Below are positions 35,663-45,041 of a stretch of DNA of 64,000 bases, in pieces; within the stretch, counting starts at the first letter, position 1; the number at the start of each line of letters is the position of its first letter. The stretch lies in the NCBI GenBank assembly GCA_963719145.1, contig CAVRAX010000001.1:71544-135543 (forward strand), written 5' to 3'. Both the position numbers and the translations under genes were made by a program. Source of the stretch: an uncultured Chloroflexia bacterium. GTDB lineage: Bacteria > Chloroflexota > Limnocylindria > Limnocylindrales > CSP1-4. The notes under the pieces are model-generated. The model saw nothing but the letters and a program-made list of their open reading frames with translations. It made no database searches and was not told the DNA's origin.

Positions 35663-36909
35663 AGCTGGATGCCTCCGCCCATTGCGCCCCACACGTCAAC
35701 GACGTCACGGCCGCGGACCTCGAGCGAACGATACGCGGCATGCGGCGCGCCGAGCACGAGGATCTCGCTCCCGGTCAGGACGCTGTCCAGCGACACGAGC
35801 CGGTCGTCGGCGACGTACGGATCCGTGGCCAGGACGGTCGCGCCGGCCCAGATGAGGAGCTTCCGGAGCTTGTACGAGAGCGACGCCCGAGGGTCATCCG
35901 AATCGGCCTTGAAGGCCATCCCGAGGATCCCGATCCGGCGACCGGCGAGGTCGCCGTAGCGCAGCCGCATCCGATCGACGATGAAGCCTGGCAGGCCCTC
36001 GTTGACCTGGACCGCGGCCTGGCCCAGAGGAAAGTGGTCGGTCGTGAACGCGGCGAGCTGCATCGTGTCCTTGAACAGGCAGGGACCGGCGGCGAAGCCG
36101 GGGCCTGGCAGGTCGGCCGCCCGCGGGTAGCCGTCGCGGACCGCGTGGAGGACGTTGGCGTAGTCGACGCCGGCCTGCTGGGCGATCATGAGGAACTGGT
36201 TGGCGATGGCGAACTTCATGTAGCGCCAGGTGTTCGTCATCAGCTTCGCCAGCTCGGCCTCGCGGGTCGAGGTCCGGATGAACCGGGTGGCGAAGCGGGC
36301 GAAGACGGCCTCCGCCCGGTCGCCGGACGCAGGCTCGTCGGCGCCGATGATCTGGGGCAGGCTCCGGAGCTCGTCGAGGGCCTTGCCCTCGGCGATCCGC
36401 TCCGGGCAGAACGCGACCTCCACGTCCGCGCCGTGCTCCCGGAAGCGCTCCTTCACGTACGCCGTCGTCCCCGGGAAGACCGTGCTCCGGAGGATGATGA
36501 GGGTTCCCGGCCGGAGGTGGGGCACGATCTCGTCGACGCTCTCCTCGAACGGCGCCATCGACGGGCCCAGGAACTCGTCGACAGGCGTCCCGACGACGAC
36601 GAGGACGACATCCGCCCGGGCGCACATCGCCGCCTCGGTCGCGAACTCAAGGCGGTCGGTCTCGAGGACCCGGGCGAGGAGCTCGTCGGCGCCGGTCTCG
36701 AGGAACGGCATCGCGCCGGCGGCGAGTCGCTCGAGCTTGGCCGCGTCGCGATCGAAGATGCCAACCCGGGCGCCACTGTCGGCCAGCGTCAGCGACAGCG
36801 GCAGGCCGACGTGGCCCGCGCCGCCGAGGACGACGACATCGAGGTCTGGTGCGGCCGTCGAGGCCGGCTCGGCCCGGGTGGCGGGATCGGTCGTCGCTGC
36901 GAGGTCGGT
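35659..36909 (-). CDS. UDP-glucose/GDP-mannose 6-dehydrogenase family nucleotide-sugar dehydrogenase
   Basis: Contains VVVLGGAGHVGLPL, the catalytic Cys region (GPGFAAGPCLFKD) and a UDPG_MGDP_dh C-terminus. The start is probably the GTG near 36909. The track extends to 37092. Confidence 0.85.
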   Translation of the reverse strand, partial: TDLAATTDPATRAEPASTAAPDLDVVVLGGAGHVGLPLSLTLADSGARVGIFDRDAAKLERLAAGAMPFLETGADELLARVLETDRLEFATEAAMCARADVVLVVVGTPVDEFLGPSMAPFEESVDEIVPHLRPGTLIILRSTVFPGTTAYVKERFREHGADVEVAFCPERIAEGKALDELRSLPQIIGADEPASGDRAEAVFARFATRFIRTSTREAELAKLMTNTWRYMKFAIANQFLMIAQQAGVDYANVLHAVRDGYPRAADLPGPGFAAGPCLFKDTMQLAAFTTDHFPLGQAAVQVNEGLPGFIVDRMRLRYGDLAGRRIGILGMAFKADSDDPRASLSYKLRKLLIWAGATVLATDPYVADDRLVSLDSVLTGSEILVLGAPHAAYRSLEVRGRDVVDVWGAMGGGIQL

Positions 36910-36943
36910 CACGATCGAGAGGATAGCCCGGCGGCGGTACCGG

Positions 36944-38428
36944 TCATCGGTCGGACCGCACCCAGACTGATCCGTCGTCGTCGCCGTGGACGAGGCGCCA
37001 CGTTGGGGAACCGGCGAGGGCCGCGGCGAGCGGGGTTGCCGGCGGACCGTTCGCGACCACGATCGTGGCCCTCCGAGCGTCGAGGACGTCATCCCAGCCG
37101 GGACCGGCGCTCGCGATGAGGTCGCCGTCGGCCCAGGCGTCCGAAGGGATCACGTCGAATCGAGTATCGAGGGCGTAGGCGGGTGCCGGGACCGCGAGCT
37201 CGAACCAGGAGCCCCAGGCCTGCGGGTTCCAGACGCGGTCCGCCGGGCCGGCAAGGTCGCGGAGGGCGGCCGTGACGCCGGACGGAGCTTGCGCCAGCAG
37301 GCCGCGCGGGGCGTCGAGGCCGGAGTCGACCGATCGCCAGGGGGGCAAGACGGCGACGCCGGCAACCACCAGGGCGGCTCCGACGAGCGCGTTGAGCCGG
37401 CTGCCGCGGCCGGGCCGGCCCGAGACCCGGGTCCACATCGGCGCGGCGATCCCGGCGAGCGTGACCGCCGCGACCCCCGGCCACCAGGCGGTCCCGCGGG
37501 CGGCGACGGCACCCAGCGCGGCGAACGCCACCAGCGAGGCGATGGCTGGCCACGCGATACGGCCGCGGCGCCGGGCCATCGCCGCGACCGCCACGGCCAC
37601 GAGCACGACGCTGGCCCAGAACAGGATCCCCGGCACGTCTGTCGGGGTTGGCGGCTGCCACTCACTGATCCGCGCCGTGACCTCGCGGTTCACGGCGATG
37701 CCGGCCGCGTAGCGCCAGGCGTCGAGCCCGAACGGGGTGGCCAGCGTCGCGACACCGGTCGCGAGCCCGACCGCGAAGGTGTGGCGGGCGCGGGCCGAGC
37801 CCTCCCCCACGTCTTCGAGCCAGGCCAGCCCTACGAGGGCCGGGGCGAGGATGAAGCTGCCATGCACGTTCGCCCAGGCGATTGCGACCACGGGCACGAG
37901 CCAGGCCTCGCGCGGCCGCTGGCGACGCCCGGCGAGGAGGGCGAGGGTGAGCGCGAAGCAGGCCATTCCGAAGAGCTGCGGGCGAAGGGCGAGGGCGGGC
38001 GCCGTGACGATGAACGCGGCGAGGGCCAGCCAGGCGGCGACGCGCGGATTGATCCCCGGCACTCGGCGCCGGATCGCGACCAGGATGAGCCCGAAGGCCA
38101 GGGCGACGACCGCGGCCCGCAGAATCGCCAGGCCGGTCCAGCCGGCGGCGCCGTAGACGGCCGCGAGGATCGCCTGGGCGCCCCACTGCTGGTCGAGCCA
38201 GGGCTGGCCGGCAGCGGTGAACGTCCAGGTGTCGACACTGGGTATCCCCGCGCCGGAGAGGATCTCAGCGCCGGCACGCAGCTGGTAGGCGAGATCGACG
38301 GTCGGGAGGGTCGCAACGAGCGCCGCGAGCCCCGGCAGGGCGATCGCCAGAAAGGTCCATAGCTCGGGGAGCGTCGGGCGAATGAGCTGCTCGCGCAGGC
38401 TCCTCGCGGAGGCCTGAGGCGAAGGCAT
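36944..38428 (-). CDS. Polytopic membrane protein with a periplasmic C-terminal domain (possible GT-C glycosyltransferase)
   Basis: Internal start MPSPQASARSLREQLIRPTLPELWTFLAIAL, 9 nt after the upstream gene's stop. 10+ TM segments and a ~160 aa soluble C-terminus. The upstream 215 codons of the track ORF are low-complexity. Confidence 0.55.
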   Translation of the reverse strand: MPSPQASARSLREQLIRPTLPELWTFLAIALPGLAALVATLPTVDLAYQLRAGAEILSGAGIPSVDTWTFTAAGQPWLDQQWGAQAILAAVYGAAGWTGLAILRAAVVALAFGLILVAIRRRVPGINPRVAAWLALAAFIVTAPALALRPQLFGMACFALTLALLAGRRQRPREAWLVPVVAIAWANVHGSFILAPALVGLAWLEDVGEGSARARHTFAVGLATGVATLATPFGLDAWRYAAGIAVNREVTARISEWQPPTPTDVPGILFWASVVLVAVAVAAMARRRGRIAWPAIASLVAFAALGAVAARGTAWWPGVAAVTLAGIAAPMWTRVSGRPGRGSRLNALVGAALVVAGVAVLPPWRSVDSGLDAPRGLLAQAPSGVTAALRDLAGPADRVWNPQAWGSWFELAVPAPAYALDTRFDVIPSDAWADGDLIASAGPGWDDVLDARRATIVVANGPPATPLAAALAGSPTWRLVHGDDDGSVWVRSDR

Positions 38429-38439
38429 TTCCGTGGGTG

Positions 38440-39318
38440 TCACGCTGGCGGCGTCTCTGCCACCCTCGCCGCCGGACGGGCTCCTCTGCCAAGCCAGCGC
38501 GAAGCCGGGGTCTCGCCGACGAGCCGGGGCACGAAGGGGACGATCGCCACGAGCATCGCCAGGCTGTTCACCCACAGGATCGGCAGCGCGAGCATCGAGG
38601 CCACCGGCACCGTCCAGCGTCGATCGGTCAGCGCACCCCAGATCACGATGGCGAGGGCCGCGATCGCGCGGAGCCAGAACGGGATGGCGATGAAGACCGC
38701 CGGGTCGGGGGCCTTCGTTGCGGCCCCGAGGACGCGGATCCAGTCGAACCAGGGACCTGGCGCGACCACGAACGACACCGTCGAGATCGCGGCGGTCGCG
38801 CCCAGCGCGATTGCCAGGTTGCGCCACTCGCGCCGAATCGCGAACCACAGGAGGCCGATCCCCGGGGTCACCTTGGTCAGGAGCGGGAGCGACCACAACC
38901 AGGGCCAGCGGAAGCCGGCGACGATCGCCAGGCCGAGGAGGAGGTGGACGTTGCCGAGCGTGACCTCGGCGAAGACCGGCTCGAGCAGGAGGATGAACCC
39001 GGTCCACAGGCCGGCCTGCCAGACGAGCGCAGCGGTCAGGGCGAGCGTCCACAGTGCGACGAACCACGGCCATGGCAGGAGGTGGAGCGGCCCGAGCAGC
39101 TGGGTGAACGCGGGCGCATAGAAGTAGGCGTCCTGCTCGGCGGGGCGGGTGACGCCGTACGGATCGAACGGGTCGGCTGCCCAGTAGGCGTGGGCGTCTA
39201 CGCCGGTCGGCAGGAGACCGAGGGCGTACGCGACGACCAGGACGAGGCAGGCCACGATCGCACCGTCCCGCATGGGGCGGAGCCTGGAGAGACGGATGGG
39301 CAGCACCCCGGCGGTCAC
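38440..39318 (-). CDS. DUF2029/GT87-like GT-C membrane glycosyltransferase (paralog group A)
   Basis: Contains DAHAYWAADPFDPY and GNVHLLLGLAIVAGFRWP...LLTKVTPGIGLLWFAIRREWR. These motifs are shared with the 39431, 43007 and 47453 genes. Confidence 0.7.
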   Translation of the reverse strand: MTAGVLPIRLSRLRPMRDGAIVACLVLVVAYALGLLPTGVDAHAYWAADPFDPYGVTRPAEQDAYFYAPAFTQLLGPLHLLPWPWFVALWTLALTAALVWQAGLWTGFILLLEPVFAEVTLGNVHLLLGLAIVAGFRWPWLWSLPLLTKVTPGIGLLWFAIRREWRNLAIALGATAAISTVSFVVAPGPWFDWIRVLGAATKAPDPAVFIAIPFWLRAIAALAIVIWGALTDRRWTVPVASMLALPILWVNSLAMLVAIVPFVPRLVGETPASRWLGRGARPAARVAETPPA

Positions 39319-39430
39319 CCGGTCATCCTATGGCGGGCGCCAAGCGCCCCGCAGGGGCCCGAAGGTCCTGGGCGGGCAGCGTGGGCGCACAGGGGATGCC
39401 GTCGTATGCTCCCCGCCATGTCTGACCCGG

Positions 39431-40309
39431 ATGTCTGACCCGCCGGTCATGGTTGCCGGCCGGCCCACCTCGTTGCTGAACCGCCTGCTCCCGGCTCGCG
39501 GTCACCAGCTCGGTTGGACGCGGATCGCGCGCGACGGTCTCTCGATCGCCGGCGTCATCATGCTTGTCTTCTTCTGGCGAGAGGGTTGGCCGCCCGCGCT
39601 CGGCGCGGACACGTACGCGTACTGGGTGGCGGATCCGGTCGCGCCCTATCACCCGAACGGCGACCCGCTCGAGCTCGGCGCGTTCCGCTACAGCCCCGCC
39701 GTGGCCCAGCTGCTCAGCCTGGTCAACTGGCTGCCCTGGGACGTGTTCTTCTGGCTGTGGATGGGCCTGCTGTTCGCGGCCGTCGTGTACATCGGCCGCT
39801 GGTGGAGCGTCGCCATCCTCGGCTTCCCCCCGGTCCTCATCTCGCTCTGGTACGGCAACATCGACGTCCTCCTGGCCGCGGCCGTAGTAGCCGGCTTCCG
39901 CTGGCCGGCAACCTGGGCGTTCATCCTCCTGACGAAGGTCACGCCGGGACTCGGCCTCCTGTGGTTCGCGATTCGCCGCGAGTGGCGGAGCCTGGCGATC
40001 GCACTCGCAGCGACGGCGGTCATCGCCACGATCTCGTTCGTCATCGCGCCGTCGCCATGGTTCGAGTGGCCGAAGGCGCTCATGGCGGTTTCCGGGTTCC
40101 CCGGCCAGGATTCGCTCCCGCTGCGACTCGCGGCCGCCGCTCTGCTCGTCGGCTGGGGTGCCCTGACAGATCGGCGCTGGACGGTGGCCGCCGCGGCAGC
40201 GCTCGCGAATCCGACGATCGCCGGCCGGGCTTTCGCGATGGTGATCGGCGTCGTGCCGCTGCTCAGGTGGCAGCGGGACCGGTCGCGAGCCGCCGAGTCG
40301 CGGAGCTGA
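39431..40309 (+). CDS. DUF2029/GT87-like GT-C membrane glycosyltransferase (paralog group A)
   Basis: Contains DTYAYWVADPVAPY and GNIDVLLAAAVVAGFRWP...LLTKVTPGLGLLWFAIRREWR. The start ATG is the second copy of a 12-bp tandem duplication. Confidence 0.7.
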   Translation: MSDPPVMVAGRPTSLLNRLLPARGHQLGWTRIARDGLSIAGVIMLVFFWREGWPPALGADTYAYWVADPVAPYHPNGDPLELGAFRYSPAVAQLLSLVNWLPWDVFFWLWMGLLFAAVVYIGRWWSVAILGFPPVLISLWYGNIDVLLAAAVVAGFRWPATWAFILLTKVTPGLGLLWFAIRREWRSLAIALAATAVIATISFVIAPSPWFEWPKALMAVSGFPGQDSLPLRLAAAALLVGWGALTDRRWTVAAAAALANPTIAGRAFAMVIGVVPLLRWQRDRSRAAESRS

Positions 40310-40439
40310 CGTTTCCTGGCCGAGGGTTCGTCGCTGTCAACCTCCTCGCGCCGAGGGCACCGAACGCCGGAGGGATGACGGCGCGGCGGGCGAGTGCGGC
40401 GCGCGAGTGCGACGCGAGAGCCGTGACCCAGTCCCGGCG

Positions 40440-40514
40440 CTAACCGGCGAGGAGCTAACCGGCGAGGCGTTGATCGGCGAGGCGCTAACCGGCGAGGCGT
40501 TGACCGGCGAGCAC
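40440..40514. repeat. 15-bp tandem repeat (CTAACCGGCGAGGCG-like, 5 copies) spanning the 3' end of the GT4 gene
   Basis: ctaaccggcgaggag ctaaccggcgaggcg ttgatcggcgaggcg ctaaccggcgaggcg ttgaccggcgagcac. On the coding (minus) strand each unit reads ...RLAG-stop, except the unit at 40470-40484 (CGCCTCGCCGATCAA, no TAG). Three of the five units carry a TAG. Confidence 0.7.
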
Positions 40515-41681
40515 CGCCTCGTCGTAGATCGTCTCGACGGCGCGGGCCATGAGCTGGACGCAGAACCGCTCGTGGACGAGGTCGTGGCCGGCCCGGCCGA
40601 GCGTGTCGGCCAGCGGATGGTCGCGGAGGAGCCGGAGGACCGCGCCGGCCAGCGCCGCGGGATCGTGGGGCGGGACCAGCAGCCCGGTGACCCCGTCCTC
40701 GATCATCTCCGGGATGCCGCCGACGTTCGAGGCCACGACCGGGCGCGACAGGGCCATCGCCTCGAGGATCGTCAGACCCTGGGCCTCGCGGTACGACGGC
40801 AGGACCGCGACGTCGAGCGCCTTCGTCACCGCCGGGACGTCGTCGCGGCGGCCGGTGAAGACCACGGAACCGCCGATCCCGAGCCCTTCGACCTGGGCCT
40901 CGAGCGCCTCCCGGCGCGAGCCCTCGCCGATGATGAGCAGCGTCGCACTCGGGAACTCGGCGAGGACGCCGGGCCAGGCATCGAGCAGGGTCGGGTGGCC
41001 CTTCTCCGGCTCGAGGCGGGCCACGACCCCGACCATCGGCCCCTCGGGCGGGAGGCCGTACTCCTCGCGGAGCGTGCAGCACGGCAACTGCTGGTCGTAG
41101 CGCTCGAGGTCGATGCCGTTGTAGATCAGGGTGACCGGCGCCCCGACCCGCTCCTCGACCTCGATCTTGTGGGCCATCGACGTCGAGACCGCAATCAGGT
41201 GGTCCATCCGCGGCGTGAGCCGCCGGATGAGCGCCCGATCCTCGTCGGAGCGGATCCGTGAGGAGTGGACCGTGCTGACGATGTACGGCCGGGGCAGGCC
41301 GGCCTCGGCCACCCGCCAGGCGGCCTGGGTCCCCACGATCTCGGCCCGGTACATGTGGTTATGAATGACGTCGGCCCGGGTCGCGACGAGGTGGGCGGCG
41401 ACCGCCTCGACCGCCGCGGCGTTGTCCAGGGCATCGATGGCGCAGACCTCGATGCCCTCTCGCTCGAGACGCCGGACCGCGCTGCCGGATGAGAGCGCGC
41501 AGACCGACAGGTCATAGCGGTCGCGGTCGATCCTCGTGACGAGGTTGAGGACGTGCTCCTGGGCGCCGCCGTTCGTGCCGGTCGCGAGCAGCTCGACGAC
41601 ACGGATGCGCTCGTGGCCGGCGGGCAGCGGCAGCCGGACGACCGGGCGGAAGCAGGGATCGTCGCCGAAGGGCGTGGTCAT
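40485..41681 (-). CDS. GT4 (GT-B fold) glycosyltransferase
   Basis: Contains the GT4 motifs (EGFGLPxLEAMA-like: EAQGLTILEAMALSRPVVASNVGGIPEMIED). The track start may be over-extended by about 25 codons. Confidence 0.85.
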   Translation of the reverse strand: MTTPFGDDPCFRPVVRLPLPAGHERIRVVELLATGTNGGAQEHVLNLVTRIDRDRYDLSVCALSSGSAVRRLEREGIEVCAIDALDNAAAVEAVAAHLVATRADVIHNHMYRAEIVGTQAAWRVAEAGLPRPYIVSTVHSSRIRSDEDRALIRRLTPRMDHLIAVSTSMAHKIEVEERVGAPVTLIYNGIDLERYDQQLPCCTLREEYGLPPEGPMVGVVARLEPEKGHPTLLDAWPGVLAEFPSATLLIIGEGSRREALEAQVEGLGIGGSVVFTGRRDDVPAVTKALDVAVLPSYREAQGLTILEAMALSRPVVASNVGGIPEMIEDGVTGLLVPPHDPAALAGAVLRLLRDHPLADTLGRAGHDLVHERFCVQLMARAVETIYDEAVLAGQRLAG

Positions 41682-42808
41682 CCGACGACCCTACGTCGAA
41701 CCAGGAGCCGCTGGATCGGCTCGTCCACCGCACCCCACTCGTACTTGTACGGCTCGTTGCCTCGGAGGAAGTCGAGGCGGCGCCGGCCACGCTCGATGGC
41801 CCGCCGGGCGAGGCGCTCCACGAAGAGCACGCCCGGCGAGAGGTCGCGAGCGTCGGGATCCACGCCGGCGTTGTAGTAGAGGATCGCGTCGGGGGTCTCG
41901 AAGTGGACGCCGCAGGCGATCCGCCGGCCGCCGACCGAGAGGACGCTGAGCCGGAGCTCCCCGTCCGGCCCGAACAGCTCGAACAGCCGCCGGAAGAGGA
42001 CCCGGCTCTGGTCCCCACCGGGGGTCGGCGGGAAGAGGCCGTCCGCGCCCCAGCGGCGCTGGTGGAGCTCGATGAACGCATCGAGGTCGGCGAGCGGCTC
42101 CGCGGATTCCGCGAGGACCACCTCGCCCACGGCCTCGGCCCGGCGGACCTTGCGCCGGATCTCGTGGCGTTCCTTCTTGCCGAGGGCCGCGAGGTAGTCG
42201 TCCATGCTCCCGCCGGCCGGGAGGGTGGCCACCGGACAGGCGTCCTCGCGCTCGAGATCGACCGACCAGGACTCGGCCGCGGCCCGGCGGCGGAAGGCCG
42301 CGGCCAGGGCCTCGCCCGCGGGGTCGTCGCAGCGCAGCCGGCGGAGGTCGATCACGTCCCAGGGCCGGTCGGGGCTGCCCGGCCGGTTCGCCTCGGCGAG
42401 GTGATCGACGAGGGCGTCGGCGACCGCCGGGAGGTCGGCCGGATCGGCCAGGACCGTGGCGTAGTCGGCGTGATAGGAGGCCCCGAAGAAGATCGCCTTG
42501 GCTGTCGGCGGGACCGGCGTCAGCGCCTCGCCGCCCTCGTGCCGGAGGGTCGTGTGGAGCTCGGCGTCACCCGGCTCGACCTCGTGGCGGTGCATGAGCG
42601 GGACGATCGCGACCGGATCCGCGCCGGGCTCGGCGCCGGGAGCCACGGCGACGAGCGTCTGCTCGTGGGCGTTGTCCCCGTAGGCGTCCCACCAGGCGCG
42701 ATGGAAGGCCCAGGCGGCGAACGGGGTGGCCCAGGGATTCGCCTCGGCCAGCCGATCCCAGGTCGCACGCGGGATCGCGACGATGTCACGGGGTTCAATG
42801 CGAAGCAT
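41678..42808 (-). CDS. GNAT-fold acyltransferase of the FemAB/CelD-like family (Acetyltransf_6)
   Basis: Internal start MLRIEPRDIVAIPRATWDRLA. The C-terminus (LLYYNAGVDPDARDLSPGVLFVERLARRAIERG) resembles BioF2/CelD-like GNATs. It overlaps the GT4 gene by 4 nt. Confidence 0.7.
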   Translation of the reverse strand: MLRIEPRDIVAIPRATWDRLAEANPWATPFAAWAFHRAWWDAYGDNAHEQTLVAVAPGAEPGADPVAIVPLMHRHEVEPGDAELHTTLRHEGGEALTPVPPTAKAIFFGASYHADYATVLADPADLPAVADALVDHLAEANRPGSPDRPWDVIDLRRLRCDDPAGEALAAAFRRRAAAESWSVDLEREDACPVATLPAGGSMDDYLAALGKKERHEIRRKVRRAEAVGEVVLAESAEPLADLDAFIELHQRRWGADGLFPPTPGGDQSRVLFRRLFELFGPDGELRLSVLSVGGRRIACGVHFETPDAILYYNAGVDPDARDLSPGVLFVERLARRAIERGRRRLDFLRGNEPYKYEWGAVDEPIQRLLVRRRVVG

Positions 42809-43006
42809 TCGCGTCGCCCTGGGCGGAGCGGGCTCCGGCGTGGCCGACGCCGAGCGCCCCGGCGCGAGCCGGGTGAGGGGCCGATGCTCGACGTCCTGAC
42901 CGCCCGGACAGGCAGGCTCCGTTTCGAGGGCAGGGGAGGTCACGCGGCGAGGATAGCACCGGTCTCCGGAAGTGGTTGCTCAGGCAACGGCTCGAGCGCC
43001 GTGCGC

Positions 43007-43936
43007 TCAGAGCGCTCCCGGCGCGCGCGACGGCGCCGCGCCGGGCGCCGAGAGTCCCCCGGTCTCCCCGGGCGGCCGGAGCCACCGACCGACCGCGGAA
43101 CGGAGGAAGGGCAGGACGCCGACGAGCATGGACGGGCTGATCGACCAGTAGATCGGGAGCGCGAGGGCGGAGCCGGCGGCGACCGTCCAGCGCCAGTTCC
43201 GCCATGCGCCGATGGCAAGGATCGCCACCGCGAACGGGAGCCGGGCGAAGAACGGCAGGTACCAGGGGTCGGGCGTCGGCGGAGCGTAGGCAGTCAAGAG
43301 GTGGATGTAGCCGACCCATCGATCCGGCCAGATGACCGCGGTGACGACCGCGATGAGCCCGCTCACCCCGAGGGCGATCGCGACGTGGCGCCACTCGCGG
43401 CGGAGCACGAACCACAGGAGGCCCAGGGCGGGTGTGAGCTTCGTCAGGATCACGAAGGCCCAGGTCGCGGGCCAACGGAAGCTCTTCACCACCGCGAGGG
43501 CCAGGAGGAGCTGGATGTTGCCGGCGTTGATCTCCGAGGCGACCGGGAACGTGAGGAGCGCCGCCAGGGTCAGCGGCCCGGCGAGGTAGACGAGCACGCC
43601 CAGCAACATGGCGCGATAGATCGCCACGAACGTCTCGAACGGGATCAGCCGGCTGATCCCGGCGACGAGCTCGAAGGCCGGGCTGTACACGTAGCCAGTT
43701 ACTCGCCAGTCCTCGCCGGTCGGGTACAGGGCATCCGGGTTGGCCGACCAATACGCGCGGACGTCGCCCGGGTCGCCGCCACCGGTCGTGAGCAGCCACC
43801 AGTAGTAGATCGCCAGGGCGATCCCGAGCCCCGTCGCGATGCGACTCGCGAACGGCGCCGCGCGCGCCGCCCGTTCACGTGCGGCGGCAAGCCGGCCGGC
43901 TTCGGAGGACGAGGCTGCGCCCACGGGCCAGCTCAT
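43007..43936 (-). CDS. DUF2029/GT87-like GT-C membrane glycosyltransferase (paralog group A)
   Basis: Internal ATG MSWPVGAASS... overlaps the upstream gene's stop (ATGA). Contains DVRAYWSANPDALY and GNIQLLLALAVVKSFRWP...ILTKLTPALGLLWFVLRREWR. Confidence 0.7.
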   Translation of the reverse strand: MSWPVGAASSSEAGRLAAARERAARAAPFASRIATGLGIALAIYYWWLLTTGGGDPGDVRAYWSANPDALYPTGEDWRVTGYVYSPAFELVAGISRLIPFETFVAIYRAMLLGVLVYLAGPLTLAALLTFPVASEINAGNIQLLLALAVVKSFRWPATWAFVILTKLTPALGLLWFVLRREWRHVAIALGVSGLIAVVTAVIWPDRWVGYIHLLTAYAPPTPDPWYLPFFARLPFAVAILAIGAWRNWRWTVAAGSALALPIYWSISPSMLVGVLPFLRSAVGRWLRPPGETGGLSAPGAAPSRAPGAL

Positions 43937-45041
43937 CGCGCCACCCGGCCTTCCCGGGCGACCGCGATCAGCGTGGTCCAGTACGCGGCGACGTAGGTGA
44001 CCGGCGGGATGAGCTGGACGAAGGGCACGGCCGTCGCGATCGGGACGATGGCTGCCCAGCGATGCCCGCGCGAGATCAGCCATGCGACGGGCAGGAGGAG
44101 CATCAGCGCGTAGTGATCCCACAGGATCGGCGAGATCAGCTGGGAGGCGATCACGACCGCCAGGTATGAGGCGACCGGCGTGCAGCGCAGAGTCGCCCAC
44201 AACAGCACAACCGCGACCGAGGCCCAGTTGGCGATCTGGACGACCCAGGCGAGGGCCTGCCCGGCACCGGCCTCGAATGCGACTCGACCGGGGGTGAAGT
44301 TGTGGGGCGTGTCGATCGGCTTGCTGACCCGGGCGAGGAGCGTCGCCTGGTCGATCCACGAGGACGGGCCGGCGACGAGCGTGGCGGCCAGGGCCAGGAC
44401 AGCCAGGACGGCGATGCCCACGACGACCGCACGGCGGCGACCGGTAAGCACCGCCCAGCCGAACAGGAGGAAGGGCTGGATCTTGATCGCGGTCCCGACC
44501 GCGGTTGCGGTGCCGAAGCGCCACGGGCGGTCCATCCAGCGCCAGCCGATCGCAAACGTGAGCAGCAGGATCGGACCGACCTGGCCGAGCTTGATCGCGT
44601 AGACCAGGGGCCAGGACAGGCCGCCGAGCATGAGGATCGCCCAGCGGATCGTCCGGCTGACCGGCAGGATGGCCACCGCCACGACGAACGTCGCGCCGAG
44701 GATCGCGGTGAAGATCCAGGCGGCGACCGGGGGATCCACGATTGACAGCGGGGCCGCGAGAAGCACGAACGGCGGCGGGTAGTAGAAGAGCCCGAACGCG
44801 CCCGTGTACTCGAACGACTGGTCGTACAGGATCCCACCGTCGAAGAAGCGCCGGACGGCTGAGTCGTAGGACAGGAAGTCGAAGCCGAGCGTGCCGGCCT
44901 GAGCGGCCGCGATCACGGCGGACCCGGTGACCAGCGCGAGTGTCGCGATCGCAACGATCGGCAGGGCGGCGGCGGCAAGGCGACCAGGGTCAAGGGCGGT
45001 CGCTCCGCCGCGATCCGCGGGCGCCGCCGGTAGGCCCACGC
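43933..45041 (-). CDS. DUF2029/GT87-like GT-C membrane glycosyltransferase (paralog group B)
   Basis: Contains FDFLSYDSAVRRFF...ILY and ...AIKIQPFLLFGWAVLTGRRR. The start is a TTG/GTG overlapping the upstream GT2 stop. The track's N-terminal extension was discarded. Confidence 0.65.

Noticed and set aside
36944-39073. 709-aa ORF as a single gene
   Set aside because: The first 215 codons are Arg/Pro-rich and overlap the upstream GT87 gene. The real protein starts at the ATG 9 nt after that gene's stop.
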